Assembly (NCBI GenBank): GCA_963727575.1
Contig: CAVSIA010000038.1
Coordinates: 83,551 to 147,550 of the forward strand
Source of the DNA: an uncultured Alphaproteobacteria bacterium
GTDB taxonomy: Bacteria; Pseudomonadota; Alphaproteobacteria; Rhizobiales; Rhodomicrobiaceae
Reading direction: 5' to 3'
DNA length: 64,000 bases
Part shown: piece by piece, positions 39,708-50,710 of the stretch
Position numbering within the stretch: position 1 is the first letter of the stretch
How the letters are laid out: every line of letters begins with the position of its first letter
Position numbers and translations under genes: made by a program
Notes under the pieces: generated by a model
The model's database searches: none
What the model saw: only the letters and a program-made list of their open reading frames with translations
What the model was told of the DNA's origin: nothing

Positions 39708-40628
39708 TTAGGCCGCCTTGTCGAGGAACGCTCGCACGTCCGCAGCGCGTGGGATCGGTGCAACCGCGCCGAAGCCCGTGGTCGAGAGTGCGGCGGCGGC
39801 GTTGGCGTAGGCCGCGGCGGTAAAGGCGTCGTCGCCTGCAACGAGCCGGGCGAGAAGCGCGCCGTCGAACACGTCGCCCGCTCCGGTCGCGTCCACGCAG
39901 CTCACCCGCTGCGGCGGAATTTCGCGGATTTCGTCGCGCGTCGCGACCAGCGCGCCGTCCGCACCTAGGGTCAGCGCGACGAGTTCCGCGCCCTGGCCGA
40001 TATAATGGCTGACGATGTCGCGCGGGTCTTCGAGCCCGGTCAGTTGCCGCGCATCGTCGAGCCCCGGCAGCAGGATGTCGGCGAGGGTGGCGGTCTCTGC
40101 GATGACGGGTTTTGCCGTCTCCAGCGGCCAAAGCAACAGCCGGAGGTTGGTGTCGTAGGCGATCTTGGCGCCCGCACGCCTCGCCTGCCGCACCGCCTCC
40201 GCGACCGTTTCGCGGGCGGAGACCGAGATCGCCTGGCTGATCGCGGAAATGTGGAGGATCCTGATCCCGGCGAACAGTTCCGGCGTCATCATCGTCGCCG
40301 TCATCAGGCTTGCCGCCGAACCGCGTCGATAATAGGTGAAATGATGGCCCTTTTCGTCGTGGTCGACGAAATAGATGCCGGTATGCGAACCGCCGTCGCG
40401 CCCGACGCGGGTCACGTCAACGCCCTCCGACGCCCACATCGTCATCAGATCGTCGCCGAACCGGTCGGGACCGAGCCGGGTCAGCATTCCCGACCGCGCG
40501 CCCTGCCGGGCCGCCGCCACCGCGACATTGGACACGTCGCCGCCGAATCCCTGAAGCCATCCGCCATCGGTCTGCTGATTGAATTCGACGAGCGGCTCGC
40601 CGAGGCAGAGAATATCGAGCCCGCTCAT
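39708..40628 (-). CDS. PfkB-family sugar kinase (2-dehydro-3-deoxygluconokinase-like)
   Basis: 306 aa from MSGLDILCLGEP... with the C-terminal DATGAGD ribokinase-family motif. Its start overlaps the eda stop (ATGA). Confidence 0.75.
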   Translation of the reverse strand: MSGLDILCLGEPLVEFNQQTDGGWLQGFGGDVSNVAVAAARQGARSGMLTRLGPDRFGDDLMTMWASEGVDVTRVGRDGGSHTGIYFVDHDEKGHHFTYYRRGSAASLMTATMMTPELFAGIRILHISAISQAISVSARETVAEAVRQARRAGAKIAYDTNLRLLLWPLETAKPVIAETATLADILLPGLDDARQLTGLEDPRDIVSHYIGQGAELVALTLGADGALVATRDEIREIPPQRVSCVDATGAGDVFDGALLARLVAGDDAFTAAAYANAAAALSTTGFGAVAPIPRAADVRAFLDKAA

Positions 40629-41254
40629 GATCGGCTCTCCACGGCTTCGACGAGCTGGCGCGCGGCGGCGGCGATGTCGCCGGCGGGCTTGCCGGGCTGA
40701 TAGAGCGCCGAGCCGATGCCCGCGGCACTGGCTCCGGCCGCAAGGAACGCGGCGATGTTCGCGGCATTGACCCCGCCGGTCACGCAGAGCAGCACGTCTT
40801 TCGGGAGCACCGCGCGCAGACCCTTCACCACTGCGGGCGAAATCGCGTCGCCGGGAAAAATCTTGAGCCCGTCGGCGCCGGCATCGATCGCGTTGAAGGC
40901 TTCGGTCGGCGTGAGGATGCCGGGCATGGAGACGAGGCCCGCCGCCTTGGTTGCGCGGACCACATCCGCGTTGAAATTGGGCGCAACGATCGCCCGTCCG
41001 CCCGCCGCGGCAACCTCGGCCACTTGCGCCGGCCGCAACACGGTGCCGGCGGCGATGAATGCCTCCTCGCCGAAACGCTTCGCCAGCGCCTCGATGCTTC
41101 GACACGGCTCAGGCGAATCCAGCGTCACCTCCAGAACGCGAAAGCCGGCGTCGACCAGTGCGCCGCCGACCGCCTCCGCCTCGTTTATGCGCAATCCGCG
41201 CAGCACCGCCAGGAGGGGCATCCGCGCAAAAGCGCTTTGCAGCGATAGGGTCAT
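40625..41254 (-). CDS. eda: KDPG/KHG aldolase
   Basis: 209 aa with the Eda fold and the active-site Lys region (GLKIFPG...). Confidence 0.8.
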   Translation of the reverse strand: MTLSLQSAFARMPLLAVLRGLRINEAEAVGGALVDAGFRVLEVTLDSPEPCRSIEALAKRFGEEAFIAAGTVLRPAQVAEVAAAGGRAIVAPNFNADVVRATKAAGLVSMPGILTPTEAFNAIDAGADGLKIFPGDAISPAVVKGLRAVLPKDVLLCVTGGVNAANIAAFLAAGASAAGIGSALYQPGKPAGDIAAAARQLVEAVESRS

Positions 41255-41349
41255 GACGCATGTTCTCCTCAGGTCTCATTTCCGACTATCATGCGCGCCC
41301 GGAACCGGTCGACCAATCAGATTGACGGCACAGATCGCCTCGGTGAATA

Positions 41350-41363
41350 TGGTAGCGCTACCA
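41350..41363. promoter_or_regulatory. perfect 14-bp palindrome TGGTAGCGCTACCA, LacI/GntR-type operator in the eda / LacI divergent promoter
   Basis: Direct observation. A related site TGTTAGCGGTACCA lies near 43159, upstream of the sugar ABC operon. Confidence 0.45.
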
Positions 41364-41460
41364 GAGGCCGAATTGACAATTCCGGAAGCGCCCCGATAGA
41401 TGTCAATGTGCAAGTCTGGGCCGACGCATCCGCAGCGGCGCCTCTGAATGACGGGACCAT

Positions 41461-42549
41461 ATGGGTAAACGCCGCGGCTCCGGACGGCCGACCATCAACG
41501 ACGTTGCGCACCGAGCCGGCGTGAGCGCAATCACGGTTTCTCGCGCCCTCCGAATGCCGTCCCAGGTATCGGCTGAACTGCGCGAGCGTATCGAGACCGC
41601 CATTAAGGGCCTCAACTACGTGCCCGATCCCAAGGCGCGCGCGCTGGCCTCGGGACGCACCAACGTCATCGGCGTGCTAATTCCCTCGTTAAGCAACATC
41701 GTCTTTGCCGACGTGCTGCGCGGCGTGCACGACGCGGTCGCCGGCACCGACTACCAGATCCAGATCGGCAATATGCGCTACCTTCCGGAGGAAGAAGATC
41801 GGCTGATCTCGCTGTTCGTCGGCCAGCGTCCCGCCGGGCTGATCGTGACCGGCATCGGCCAGTCGGAAGATGCGCGCCGGCTCCTCGTCGAATGCCGCCT
41901 GCCGATCGTGCAGATCATGGAGATCGCGCCGGACCCGGTCGACATGATGGTCGGCTTCTCGCATGAGAGGGCGGGCGAAGCGGCGGCGGAGCATCTGATC
42001 GCCGCCGGATACAGCCGGATCGGCTTCGTCGGCGCCCGCATGGACCCGCGCGTCAGACGCAGACAGGAAGGCTTTCGCGCCGCCTTGCGCAGGCATAAGC
42101 TCTATTCGCCCGAGCGCGAGATCACCACGAGGGAGACGACCTCGGTTTCGCGTGGCCGCGCGCTGCTGCAGGAGTTTCTGGCGCGCGACCCAACGATCGA
42201 CGCGGTGTTCTGCGCCAATGACGACCTCGCCCTCGGGGCGCTGTTCGAATGCAAGGCGCAAGGGCTCGACGTGCCCGGCCGGATCGGCATCATGGGATTC
42301 AACGACCTGGAAATGATGGCCGCCGCCGAACCGTCGATGACCAGCGTCCGCACCCGGCGCTATGAAATGGGACGCCGCGCCGTGGAGATGGTGATGGACC
42401 GGCTGCATGGCCGCGGCCCGGAGCACAAGACATTGGACCTCGGCTTCGAGCTGGTCGCGCGCGACAGCACGGCTCGGCCGCCCGCATCGCCGGGGCGGCC
42501 CCCGCGGCGCGGGACTGGAAATCCGACGCGCATGGAGGAAGCGAGATGA
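41461..42549 (+). CDS. LacI-family transcriptional regulator (GntR/KdgR-like of the LacI family)
   Basis: HTH TINDVAHRAGVSAITVSRAL plus a sugar-binding domain. Its stop overlaps the mgsA start (ATGA). Confidence 0.8.
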   Translation: MGKRRGSGRPTINDVAHRAGVSAITVSRALRMPSQVSAELRERIETAIKGLNYVPDPKARALASGRTNVIGVLIPSLSNIVFADVLRGVHDAVAGTDYQIQIGNMRYLPEEEDRLISLFVGQRPAGLIVTGIGQSEDARRLLVECRLPIVQIMEIAPDPVDMMVGFSHERAGEAAAEHLIAAGYSRIGFVGARMDPRVRRRQEGFRAALRRHKLYSPEREITTRETTSVSRGRALLQEFLARDPTIDAVFCANDDLALGALFECKAQGLDVPGRIGIMGFNDLEMMAAAEPSMTSVRTRRYEMGRRAVEMVMDRLHGRGPEHKTLDLGFELVARDSTARPPASPGRPPRRGTGNPTRMEEAR

Positions 42550-42951
42550 CATCACAGCTCCGCATCGGCCTCATCGCTCATGACGCCCGCAAAGCCGAGA
42601 TGGTCGAATTTGTCGGCCGTCACCTGCCGTTCTTCCGCGGCGTCAGCCTGGTCGCCACCGCCGCCGACCGGCGCCCGCGTCGCCGACGCCTATTCCGACC
42701 TGGAAGTGGCGCGGCTGAAAAGCGGACCGTTCGGCGGCGACCAGCAGATCGGCGCGATGATCGCCGAGCAGAAGCTCGACGTGCTGATCTTCTTCGTCGA
42801 CCCGCTCACCTCCATGCCGCACGACGTCGACGTCAAGGCGCTGATCCGCCTCGCCGCCGTCTACGATCTGCCGCTCGCCTGCAGCCGGGCGACGGCCGAG
42901 CTGCTGCTGCGCGGGCTTGCCGCGAACGCGCCCGAGGAGACCGACGCGTAG
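42546..42951 (+). CDS. mgsA: methylglyoxal synthase; frameshift near 42660
   Basis: N-terminus [23 protein letters not shown]... (ORF 42546..) and C-terminus ...[49 protein letters not shown] (ORF 42580..42951) are both MgsA, in two frames. Confidence 0.65.
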
Positions 42952-43066
42952 AGCGCGATCAGGAAAAGTGGAATCCGGTTTTCCGTCCGATCACGCGACC
43001 AGCAAAGAAATTCTGGAGCGAGCTAAAAACCAAGGTGTGTCACTCTAAGATGATCCCGCTCCAGGT
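42951..43066. repeat. MITE/RIME-like intergenic repeat (copy 2)
   Basis: Aligns over about 115 bp with 24441..24559 (TAGAGCGCGATCAGGAAAAGTGGAATCCGGTTTTCCGTCCGATCACGCGACCAGCAAAG...GATCCCGCTCCAGG). Confidence 0.6.
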
Positions 43067-43158
43067 CTCGCGCGCATCCGTCTTTCTCATAAATCGGAAA
43101 CCCGCAAGCCTACCATAGTCGAAACACCATTCACGAAGTCGCCATTGCACGCAAACGG

Positions 43159-43172
43159 TGTTAGCGGTACCA
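43159..43172. promoter_or_regulatory. LacI-type operator-like site TGTTAGCGGTACCA upstream of the sugar ABC transporter operon
   Basis: Related to the 41350 palindrome, with shared half-sites TAGCG / GTACCA. Confidence 0.35.
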
Positions 43173-43234
43173 TGGCGACAGGCGCGGCACTGAAGACCTG
43201 CGCGATTTGGGACGAAACGATGGGAGGAAGTGGG

Positions 43235-44359
43235 ATGTTGGCCAAGCTGTCTGCGGCCGCGATTGCGGCTGTGGTTTTGACGCCCCTTGCTGCATTCGCG
43301 GCCGGGCCGGAAAAAGTCTCGGGGCCGGGCGCTTCGCCCGAATGCTTCAAGCCCTGGAGCGATAAGATCGACTATCTGAAATGGCCGGCCAAGAAAGGCC
43401 CGTTCCGCATCGCGCTGGCCAACGGCTTCGTCGGCAACACCTGGCGCATTCAGATGGTGAAGACCGCCAAGGCTTTCGTCGAGCAGGCGGGCATCAAGGA
43501 AAACATCTCCGAGTTCAAAGTGGTCTCCACCGGCACCGACGTTGCCGCGCAGATCGCCGCGATCGACAATTTCATCAATTCCGGCTACGACGCCGTCGTC
43601 ACCATCGCCGTCAATCCGAAAGCCTTCACCCCGGTCATCAAGCGCGCCAATAAGGCCGGCGTGGTCATCGTTCCCTTCGACAATGTCGTCGACAACGACA
43701 ACGTGCTGATGGTCAACGAGGACCAGCTTCAGATGGGCCGGCTCATGGGCGAGTGGCTGGTCAAGAACATCCCGAGCAAGTCCGGCAAGATCCTGGAAGT
43801 GCGCGGGCTGCCGGGCAATTCCGTCGACCGCGATCGTCATAAGGGCTTCCGCGACGTGATGGAGGCCACCGGCAACAAGTTCGACATCATCGAAGTCGTC
43901 GGCAATTGGGACGACGGCACCGCCCAGAAGGTCGTCGCCGACGCGGTCGCCATTCATAAGAAGTTCGATGGCATGTATGTGCAGGGCGGCACTACCGGTG
44001 CGGTCCGTGCACTGATCGATGCTGGACACCCGTTCATCCCGGTTTCCGGCGAAGGCGAGAACGGCTTCCGCAAGTTGTGTGCCGAGCACACCAAGGACGG
44101 CTTGCTGTGCTCATCGGCGACGCAGTCTCCGGCGCTCGTGTCGATCGCGATCAAGGCGGCGATCACCGCGTTGAAAGGCGAGACCCTGCCGCAGATGGTG
44201 TCCGTGCCGATCCCCTATGCGGAGGCCGGAAAGTTCGAGGCGGGCAAGAACTACTACCCGAACCTCGCCGATAATTTCTTCGTCGGCAACAGCTTCCCGG
44301 CCTGCGACGTCAACATCGCCGGCGCCGAGATCATGGCGAAGAGCGAGACCAATAACTGA
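43235..44359 (+). CDS. sugar ABC transporter substrate-binding protein (ribose/xylose-type periplasmic-binding protein), signal peptide
   Basis: MLAKLSAAAIAAVVLTPLAAFAA signal with a GGAGGAAG RBS; PBP type I fold. Confidence 0.8.
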   Translation: MLAKLSAAAIAAVVLTPLAAFAAGPEKVSGPGASPECFKPWSDKIDYLKWPAKKGPFRIALANGFVGNTWRIQMVKTAKAFVEQAGIKENISEFKVVSTGTDVAAQIAAIDNFINSGYDAVVTIAVNPKAFTPVIKRANKAGVVIVPFDNVVDNDNVLMVNEDQLQMGRLMGEWLVKNIPSKSGKILEVRGLPGNSVDRDRHKGFRDVMEATGNKFDIIEVVGNWDDGTAQKVVADAVAIHKKFDGMYVQGGTTGAVRALIDAGHPFIPVSGEGENGFRKLCAEHTKDGLLCSSATQSPALVSIAIKAAITALKGETLPQMVSVPIPYAEAGKFEAGKNYYPNLADNFFVGNSFPACDVNIAGAEIMAKSETNN

Positions 44360-44441
44360 GGGGGCATCCCCGGGGCAGGCGCGGACCTTGCCTGCCCCGG
44401 TTCCTTACCGGCCAACGCAGCCGTCACGCCTGGGAGCGCCC

Positions 44442-46020
44442 GTGCCGCAGCCAGTCTCTCCGCTTAGGACACCCGCCGAACCGGTCCTGACGATGACCGG
44501 AATCTCTAAGCGTTTCGGCGGCGTGCAGGCGCTGAGCGAGGTGGATTTCGCCTGCCATCCCGGACGCATCCATGCCGTGCTCGGTGAGAACGGCGCGGGA
44601 AAGTCGACGCTGATCAAGATCCTCGCCGGGGTTGTTCAGCCGGATGAGGGGCAAGTGGTCTTCGACGGCCGCGAGGCGCGGTTCCCGCATCCGAGCGATG
44701 CCACCGCCGCCGGCATCGCCACGATCTTCCAGGAATTGTCGCTGATGCCGCATCTGAGCGTCGCCGACAATATCTGCATCATCGACCCGCCGCGCAAATG
44801 GGGATTCATCGACCGCCGCGCCCAGCGCCGCATCGCCGCCGAAGCGCTGGCGCGGGCCGGTGCGGAGGACATCAACCCGTCGGCGCCGGTCGCAAGCCTG
44901 CCGCTGTCGCGCCGCCAGATGGTGGAGATCGCCAAGGCGCTGTCCCGCCATCCCCGGCTGCTGATCCTCGACGAGGCGACCTCCGCGCTCACCGCCGCCG
45001 ACGTCACCCGCGTCTTCGAGGTGCTGAAGCGGCTGCGCGAGGACGGCCTCGCCATCATCTACATCTCGCACCGCATGGCCGAGATCGCCGAGCTCGCCGA
45101 CGATTGCTCGGTGTTCCGCAACGGCCGGCATGTAGCGACCTTCAAGGCCGGCACGAAGACCGACAACGAGGTCATCGAGCTGATGATCGGGCGCGAGGCG
45201 AGTCCATGCCTTCCCGCCGAAGCCGGCGCGTCCAGTGACGGAAGCCGCGCCGGTTCTCGAAGTCAAACATCTGAACTGGGAAAACCGCCTCAAGGACGTA
45301 TCGATCAGTCTGCATCGCGGCGAAATCCTGGGGCTTGGCGGGCTCGACGGCCAGGGCCAGATGGAGCTGCTGCTGGCGCTGTTCGGAACGCTGCGCGGCA
45401 TGAGCGGCGAAATCTATGTGGACGGAACGCGCGTGAAGCCCGGCAGCCCGAAGGCCGCCAGGGACGGACCGCTCGGCCTCGCCCTCATCCCGGAGGACCG
45501 CAAGAGCGACGGCCTGATGCTGCCGATGTCGGTCAAGGACAATCTGACTTTCGCCGCGCTCGACCGCGTATCAAGCGCGGGCGTCATCTCGCCGGCGGCG
45601 CAGAACGCGGCCGTCGAGGAGATGGTTCGCCTGCTCGGCATCCGCATGGGCTCGCCCGATACGCCGGTAAGCACGCTGTCCGGCGGCAATCAGCAGAAGG
45701 TCGTGATCGCCAAATGGCTGCTCAACAAGCCGGCGATCATCCTCCTGAACGATCCGACGCGCGGCATCGATGTCGGCACCAAGCAGGAGCTTTACCAGCT
45801 TCTGCGCAAGCTGGCCGCCGACGGCGCCGCCATCATTCTCTACTCCACCGACTATTACGAGCTGATCGGCTGCTGCGACCGCGTCGCGGTGTTCTACGAT
45901 GGCGGCATCGTGCGCGAGCTGGCGGGCGATGCGATCACCGAGCAGGCGCTCGTCGCCAGCGCCTTCAACATGCCCATCGCGGACGTCCAAGGCGCTTCCA
46001 TCCCAGGAGCCCAGGCATGA
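44442..46020 (+). CDS. sugar ABC transporter ATP-binding protein (tandem-ATPase RbsA/XylG type); frameshift near 45225
   Basis: First ABC domain in the frame of ORF 44217.. (GENGAGKST, ...ILDEATSAL). Second domain in ORF 45235..46020 (LSGGNQQKVVIAKWL..., LLNDPTRGIDVG). GTG start with GGGAG RBS; ATG at 44493 is an alternative. Confidence 0.75.
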
Positions 46021-46997
46021 GCACCTTCCGCTACCGCCTCATGGAGCATCGCGGAACCCTGCTCGCCGCCGCCGTTTTCCTCGCCCTGTTCACCTTCTAC
46101 ATCGCCAATTCCCATAGCGGCCTGAACGCCGCCGTCGCCACGACCATCGCCAACAAAGGCGTGCTGCTGGCCATCGTCGCCATGGCGCAGACCCTGCCGA
46201 TCCTGACCGCGGGGCTCGATCTGTCGGTCGGCATGGTGTTCGTGCTGGCCAACTGCCTGGCCTCGACCTTCGTGGTCGGCTCGCCGCTGGAGACGGCGCT
46301 CGGCATCGTCCTCGTGTTGATTGCCGGCGTGGTCTGCGGACTGGTCAACGGACTGATCATCGTATTCGGCCGGCTGCAGCCGATCATCACCACGCTGGCG
46401 ACCGGCGCCATCTATTTCGGCTTCGCACTGTGGCTGCGCCCGGTGCCGGGCGGCGATGTCAATGGCGACCTCGCCGACGCGCTGACCGGCCAGCTTCCCG
46501 GCGGCATTCCGGCGATGCTCGCCGTGCTCCTCGCGGTGGTCGTGCTGATCTGGGTGCCGTTCCGCAATTCGGTCATCGGGCGGGCGGCCTATGCCATCGG
46601 CTCCTCCGAGCCCGCCTCCTACATTTCCGGCATCCCGATCGGGCGGGTGAAGATCGCCGTCTATGCGCTGTCGGGGCTGCTCGCCGCGATCGCCGGACTG
46701 CTACTCACCTTCGTCACCTATTCCGGCGAGGCATCCTCCTCGATCGGCGGCACTTACACGCTGAACTCGATCGCCTCTGTGGTGATCGGCGGCACCTCGC
46801 TGATGGGCGGCTTCGGCAGCGCCATCGGCTCGATCATCGGCGCATTCGTGCTGCGCTCGATCGAGGATCTGCTGTTCGTGCTCAATCTCGATCCGCTCTG
46901 GCAGCCGCTGTTCCAGGGCATCATTCTGCTGATCGCGGTCAGCCTCGGCGCCTTCCGCCTTCTGCAGATGAAAAACCGTCTCAACCTGTTCCAGTGA
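46017..46997 (+). CDS. sugar ABC transporter permease (RbsC/branched-chain-type fold)
   Basis: 326 aa multi-TM protein. Its ATG overlaps the ATPase stop (ATGA). Confidence 0.75.
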   Translation: MSTFRYRLMEHRGTLLAAAVFLALFTFYIANSHSGLNAAVATTIANKGVLLAIVAMAQTLPILTAGLDLSVGMVFVLANCLASTFVVGSPLETALGIVLVLIAGVVCGLVNGLIIVFGRLQPIITTLATGAIYFGFALWLRPVPGGDVNGDLADALTGQLPGGIPAMLAVLLAVVVLIWVPFRNSVIGRAAYAIGSSEPASYISGIPIGRVKIAVYALSGLLAAIAGLLLTFVTYSGEASSSIGGTYTLNSIASVVIGGTSLMGGFGSAIGSIIGAFVLRSIEDLLFVLNLDPLWQPLFQGIILLIAVSLGAFRLLQMKNRLNLFQ

Positions 46998-47016
46998 TGC
47001 GAAGGGCGCGGCCGAC

Positions 47017-47985
47017 ATGTCCGATTTCGTGATGCAACTGCGCCGCAATATCGACCCGGCGGTGCTGATCGCGAGCGCCTGCGTCGTCTTGCTGCTGATC
47101 GGCGGCAGCCTCTATTCACCGAACTTTCTCTCGCCCGAATACCTCCTCCAGCAACTTCGCGTCGCGTCCTTCCTCGGCATCATCGCGACGGGCTCGATGG
47201 TGATCATCCTGCTCGGCGATATCGATCTGTCGATCCCGTGGGTGGTCACGCTCGGCGCCATGATGGCGACCGCGTCCGCCGGCTGGTGGGGCGAGCTCGG
47301 CACGGCGCTCGCCATTCCGTTCGGCGTCGCCTGCGGCGCGATTGTCGGCATCGTCAGCGGCTTCGGCGTCGCCTATCTGCGCGTGCCGTCGATGATCTTC
47401 ACCCTGGGCATAAACGCCGTGGTCCAGGGTCTCGTCATCGTTCACACCGGCGGCTTCGCCCCACAGGACCGTGCCACGGATACGATGCACGAGCTGGCGA
47501 CCGGCATCGGGCCGTTCGGCATCCCCAATGCGCTGCTCTTATGGCTCGCCGTCGCCGCGGCGATGATCTTCATGCTGAACCGAACGACGCTCGGCCGGAA
47601 GATCTACGCCATCGGCAACAGCGAGCGCGCGGCCTATCTGTCCGGCGTCAATACGCGGATGGTGGTGCTGACCTGCTTTGCCATTGCCGGCGCCTGTTCG
47701 GGGCTGGGCGGCGTGCTGCTCGCCGGCTATGCCACCAAAGCCTACCAGGCGATGGGCGAGCTGTATCTGCTGCCCGCCATCGCTTCGGTCGTGCTCGGCG
47801 GCACGCGCATTCTCGGCGGCAAGGGCAGCTATGTCGGCACCATGGTCGGCGTCATCCTGATCACGCTGCTGCAATCGATTCTGTCGGTCATGCAGATGCC
47901 GGAAATGGGCCGGCAGATCATCTATGGCGCGGTGATCATCGCCATGCTGCTGACCTATGGGCGCGGCGCGAAAACGCAAGGCTGA
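47017..47985 (+). CDS. sugar ABC transporter permease (second permease)
   Basis: 322 aa multi-TM paralogue of the preceding permease. Confidence 0.75.
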   Translation: MSDFVMQLRRNIDPAVLIASACVVLLLIGGSLYSPNFLSPEYLLQQLRVASFLGIIATGSMVIILLGDIDLSIPWVVTLGAMMATASAGWWGELGTALAIPFGVACGAIVGIVSGFGVAYLRVPSMIFTLGINAVVQGLVIVHTGGFAPQDRATDTMHELATGIGPFGIPNALLLWLAVAAAMIFMLNRTTLGRKIYAIGNSERAAYLSGVNTRMVVLTCFAIAGACSGLGGVLLAGYATKAYQAMGELYLLPAIASVVLGGTRILGGKGSYVGTMVGVILITLLQSILSVMQMPEMGRQIIYGAVIIAMLLTYGRGAKTQG

Positions 47986-48112
47986 CGCGTCCCTGCCCGC
48001 AATTCCCAGAGCCGGCTGCGATGTGTGCTACGGTTTGCACCGCAAGATGCGATCCAGCTGACAGCCGCCGCCGCGCGTGGCAGAATTCGGATGCCATCAA
48101 CGGAGATCCGGC

Positions 48113-49261
48113 ATGGGCGGTCCGCTGCATGGGCTGAAAATCGTGGAAATGGTTGGAATTGGCCCCGCCCCATTCTGCGCGATGATGTTCGCCGACATGG
48201 GCGCCGAGGTCATCCGCATCGACCGGCCGGGCGCGGCGGACGCCTCGCTCACGGGCGGCAAGGACCCGCGCTTCGACATCACCGCACGCGGACGGCGGTC
48301 GCTCGCCATCGATCTGAAGCAGCCGGAGGCGGTCGAGATGGTGCTGCGCCTGATCGAGCGCGCCGACGTGGTGATCGAGGGGTTCCGGCCAGGCGTCATG
48401 GAGCGGCTCGGCTTCGGGCCCGACATCTGCCTGGAGCGCAATCCGCAGCTCGTCTACGGCCGCATGACCGGCTGGGGCCAGCACGGCCCGCTCGCCCATG
48501 CCGCCGGTCACGACATCAACTACATCGCGCTGACCGGCGCGCTTCATGCGATCGGCGACGCCGACGAGCCGCCGACGGTGCCGCTCAACTATATCGGCGA
48601 TTTCGGCGGCGGCTCGATGCTGCTGGCGTTCGGCGTGCTCTGCGCGCTTTTCGAGGCGCGGCAGTCCGGCAAGGGACAGGTGGTGGACGCCGCCATGACC
48701 GACGGTTCGGCGCTGCTGTCGGCGATGATGTACGGCTTCAAGGCCGCCGGGCGCTGGACCAACCGGCGCGGCGAAAACCTCCTGGATGGCGGCGCGCATT
48801 TCTACGACACCTATGCCTGCGCGGACGGCAAATACATCTCGGTCGGCGCCATCGAACCGAAATTCTACGCGCTGCTGCTGGAGACATGCGGCGTCTCCGA
48901 TCCGGCGTTCGCGGCGCAGATGGACCGGAGCACCTGGCCGGAGCTGAAAGCGAAGCTCGCGGACCTGTTCCGCAGCCGGACGCGCGACGAATGGTGCGCG
49001 CTGCTTGAAGGCACGGACGCCTGTTTCGCTCCGGTGCTCGATTGGGACGAAGCCCCGCGCCATCCTCACAACGAGGCGCGCGAAACCTTCATCGCGCCGG
49101 ACGGCGTGGTCCAGCCCGCGCCCGCGCCGCGTTTCAGCCGCACGCCCCCGACGACGCCGGAACCGCCCGTGACGCCGGGCGCGAACAGCGAGGCGATCCT
49201 GCGCGATTGGGGCATTCCGGCCGACGTGATCGCGCGGCTGAAGGAGGCCGGCACCATCTGA
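48113..49261 (+). CDS. CaiB/BaiF family III CoA-transferase
   Basis: [38 protein letters not shown]-terminus and a conserved Asp region. Confidence 0.75.
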   Translation: MGGPLHGLKIVEMVGIGPAPFCAMMFADMGAEVIRIDRPGAADASLTGGKDPRFDITARGRRSLAIDLKQPEAVEMVLRLIERADVVIEGFRPGVMERLGFGPDICLERNPQLVYGRMTGWGQHGPLAHAAGHDINYIALTGALHAIGDADEPPTVPLNYIGDFGGGSMLLAFGVLCALFEARQSGKGQVVDAAMTDGSALLSAMMYGFKAAGRWTNRRGENLLDGGAHFYDTYACADGKYISVGAIEPKFYALLLETCGVSDPAFAAQMDRSTWPELKAKLADLFRSRTRDEWCALLEGTDACFAPVLDWDEAPRHPHNEARETFIAPDGVVQPAPAPRFSRTPPTTPEPPVTPGANSEAILRDWGIPADVIARLKEAGTI

Positions 49262-49535
49262 CGACGGACAATTGAAGCGGCCCGGAAAAAACAATGGCGG
49301 GTTTTAGGGAGGAAGATTATGGCGGCAGCAACGTGACGACCGCGCCCGATGAAAACGGCTGTCGCCCCGGACGGAGCGAAGCGAAGATCCGGGCCTAATC
49401 GTATGGCCGCCAAGCATTGCGACTTCGAAAGGCGCGTAGACCCAGTTCAAGGCCACGGGCGAAGACTGGTCGGGCGTGCTTTGCTGGTCGCTCCGCGCTC
49501 GTTCCGCTCGGGCATACCCAAGAGGTGAACTGCCC

Positions 49536-50685
49536 ATGTCCATCGATTTCACTCCGTCCTGGCTGGACGAAGACCTGCGCATCTTCCAGGAGACCGTGGA
49601 GCGGTTCGTCGAAACCGAGTTGCGCCCCGGCGATGAGGCGGCGCGCAAGCGTGGTCACGTCGGCCACGAGATCTGGCGGCGTGCCGGCGAGGTCGGGCTC
49701 TTATGCACCGACATCCCCGAAGCCTATGGCGGTGGCGGCGGCGATTTCCGCCACGAGGCGGTCTTCCACGAGGCGCGGGCTCGGCGGGGCCTCAGCCGGG
49801 ATGAGCACCGGCGTGCACAGCATCGTCGCTCATTACCTCTTGAATCACGGCTCGGAGGAGCAGAAGCAAAACTACCTGCCGCGCATGGCGCGGGGCGAGC
49901 TGGTCGGCGCCGTCGCCATGACCGAGCCGGGCGCCGGCTCCGATCTGCAGGGCATCCGCACGCGGGCGGAACGGCGCGGCAACGGCTATGTCATCAACGG
50001 CTCCAAGACCTTCATCAGCAACGGCCATCTCGCCGGCCTCGTCCTCGTCGTCGCCAAGACCGATCCGGACGAGCGCGCCCGCGGCATCTCGATCATGATC
50101 GTCGAGACCGAGAATTGCGAGGGCTACCGGGTCGGCCGCCTGCTCGACAAGATCGGCCTCAAAGCCCAGGACACCGCCGAGTTGTTCTTCGACGACGTCC
50201 AGGTCCCGGCGGCGAACCTGCTCGGCGGCGAGGAGGGCCAGGGCTTCTATCAGCTGATGCGGGACCTGCCCTATGAGCGTTCGATCATCGGCGTCGGCGC
50301 CGTCGCCGCGATGCAGGGCGCCTATGAGGAGACGCTGGCCTATGTCCGCGACCGCAAGGCGTTCGGCCGGGCAGTCGCCGATTTTCAGAACACCCAGTTC
50401 CAGCTTGCCGAGATCGCCACCATCGTCAAGGTCGCGCGCAGCTTCGTCGACAGCTGCGTCGAGGACCTGCTCGCCGGACGGCTCGATGCGGCCACCGCTG
50501 CGATGCTGAAGCTGTGGACGTCGGAAATGCAGGGCAAGGTCGTCGACCAGTGCCTGCAATTCTTCGGCGGCTATGGCTACATGACCGAATATCCGATCGC
50601 GCGCATGTACACCGATGCCCGCATCCAGCGCATCTACGGCGGCACCAACGAGATCATGAAACTGGTCATCTCACGCGCGCTGTAG
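49536..50685 (+). CDS. acyl-CoA dehydrogenase; frameshift near 49790
   Basis: N-terminal 85 aa (MSIDFTPSWLDEDLRIFQETVERFV...) are in the frame of ORF 49476... The remainder (…YLPRMARGELVGAVAMTEPGAGSDL… to the C-terminal …IYGGTNEIMKLVISRAL) is in the frame of ORF 49417..50685. An AGAGGTGA RBS is present. Confidence 0.75.
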
Positions 50686-50710
50686 CTGCGCCACACCGAC
50701 AGGGAACCGC

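Noticed and set aside
44217-44441. N-terminal 75 codons of ORF 44217..46997
   Set aside because: This stretch overlaps the 3' end of the binding-protein gene and has no ABC motifs. The ATPase most likely starts at GTG 44442 (GGGAG RBS) or ATG 44493.
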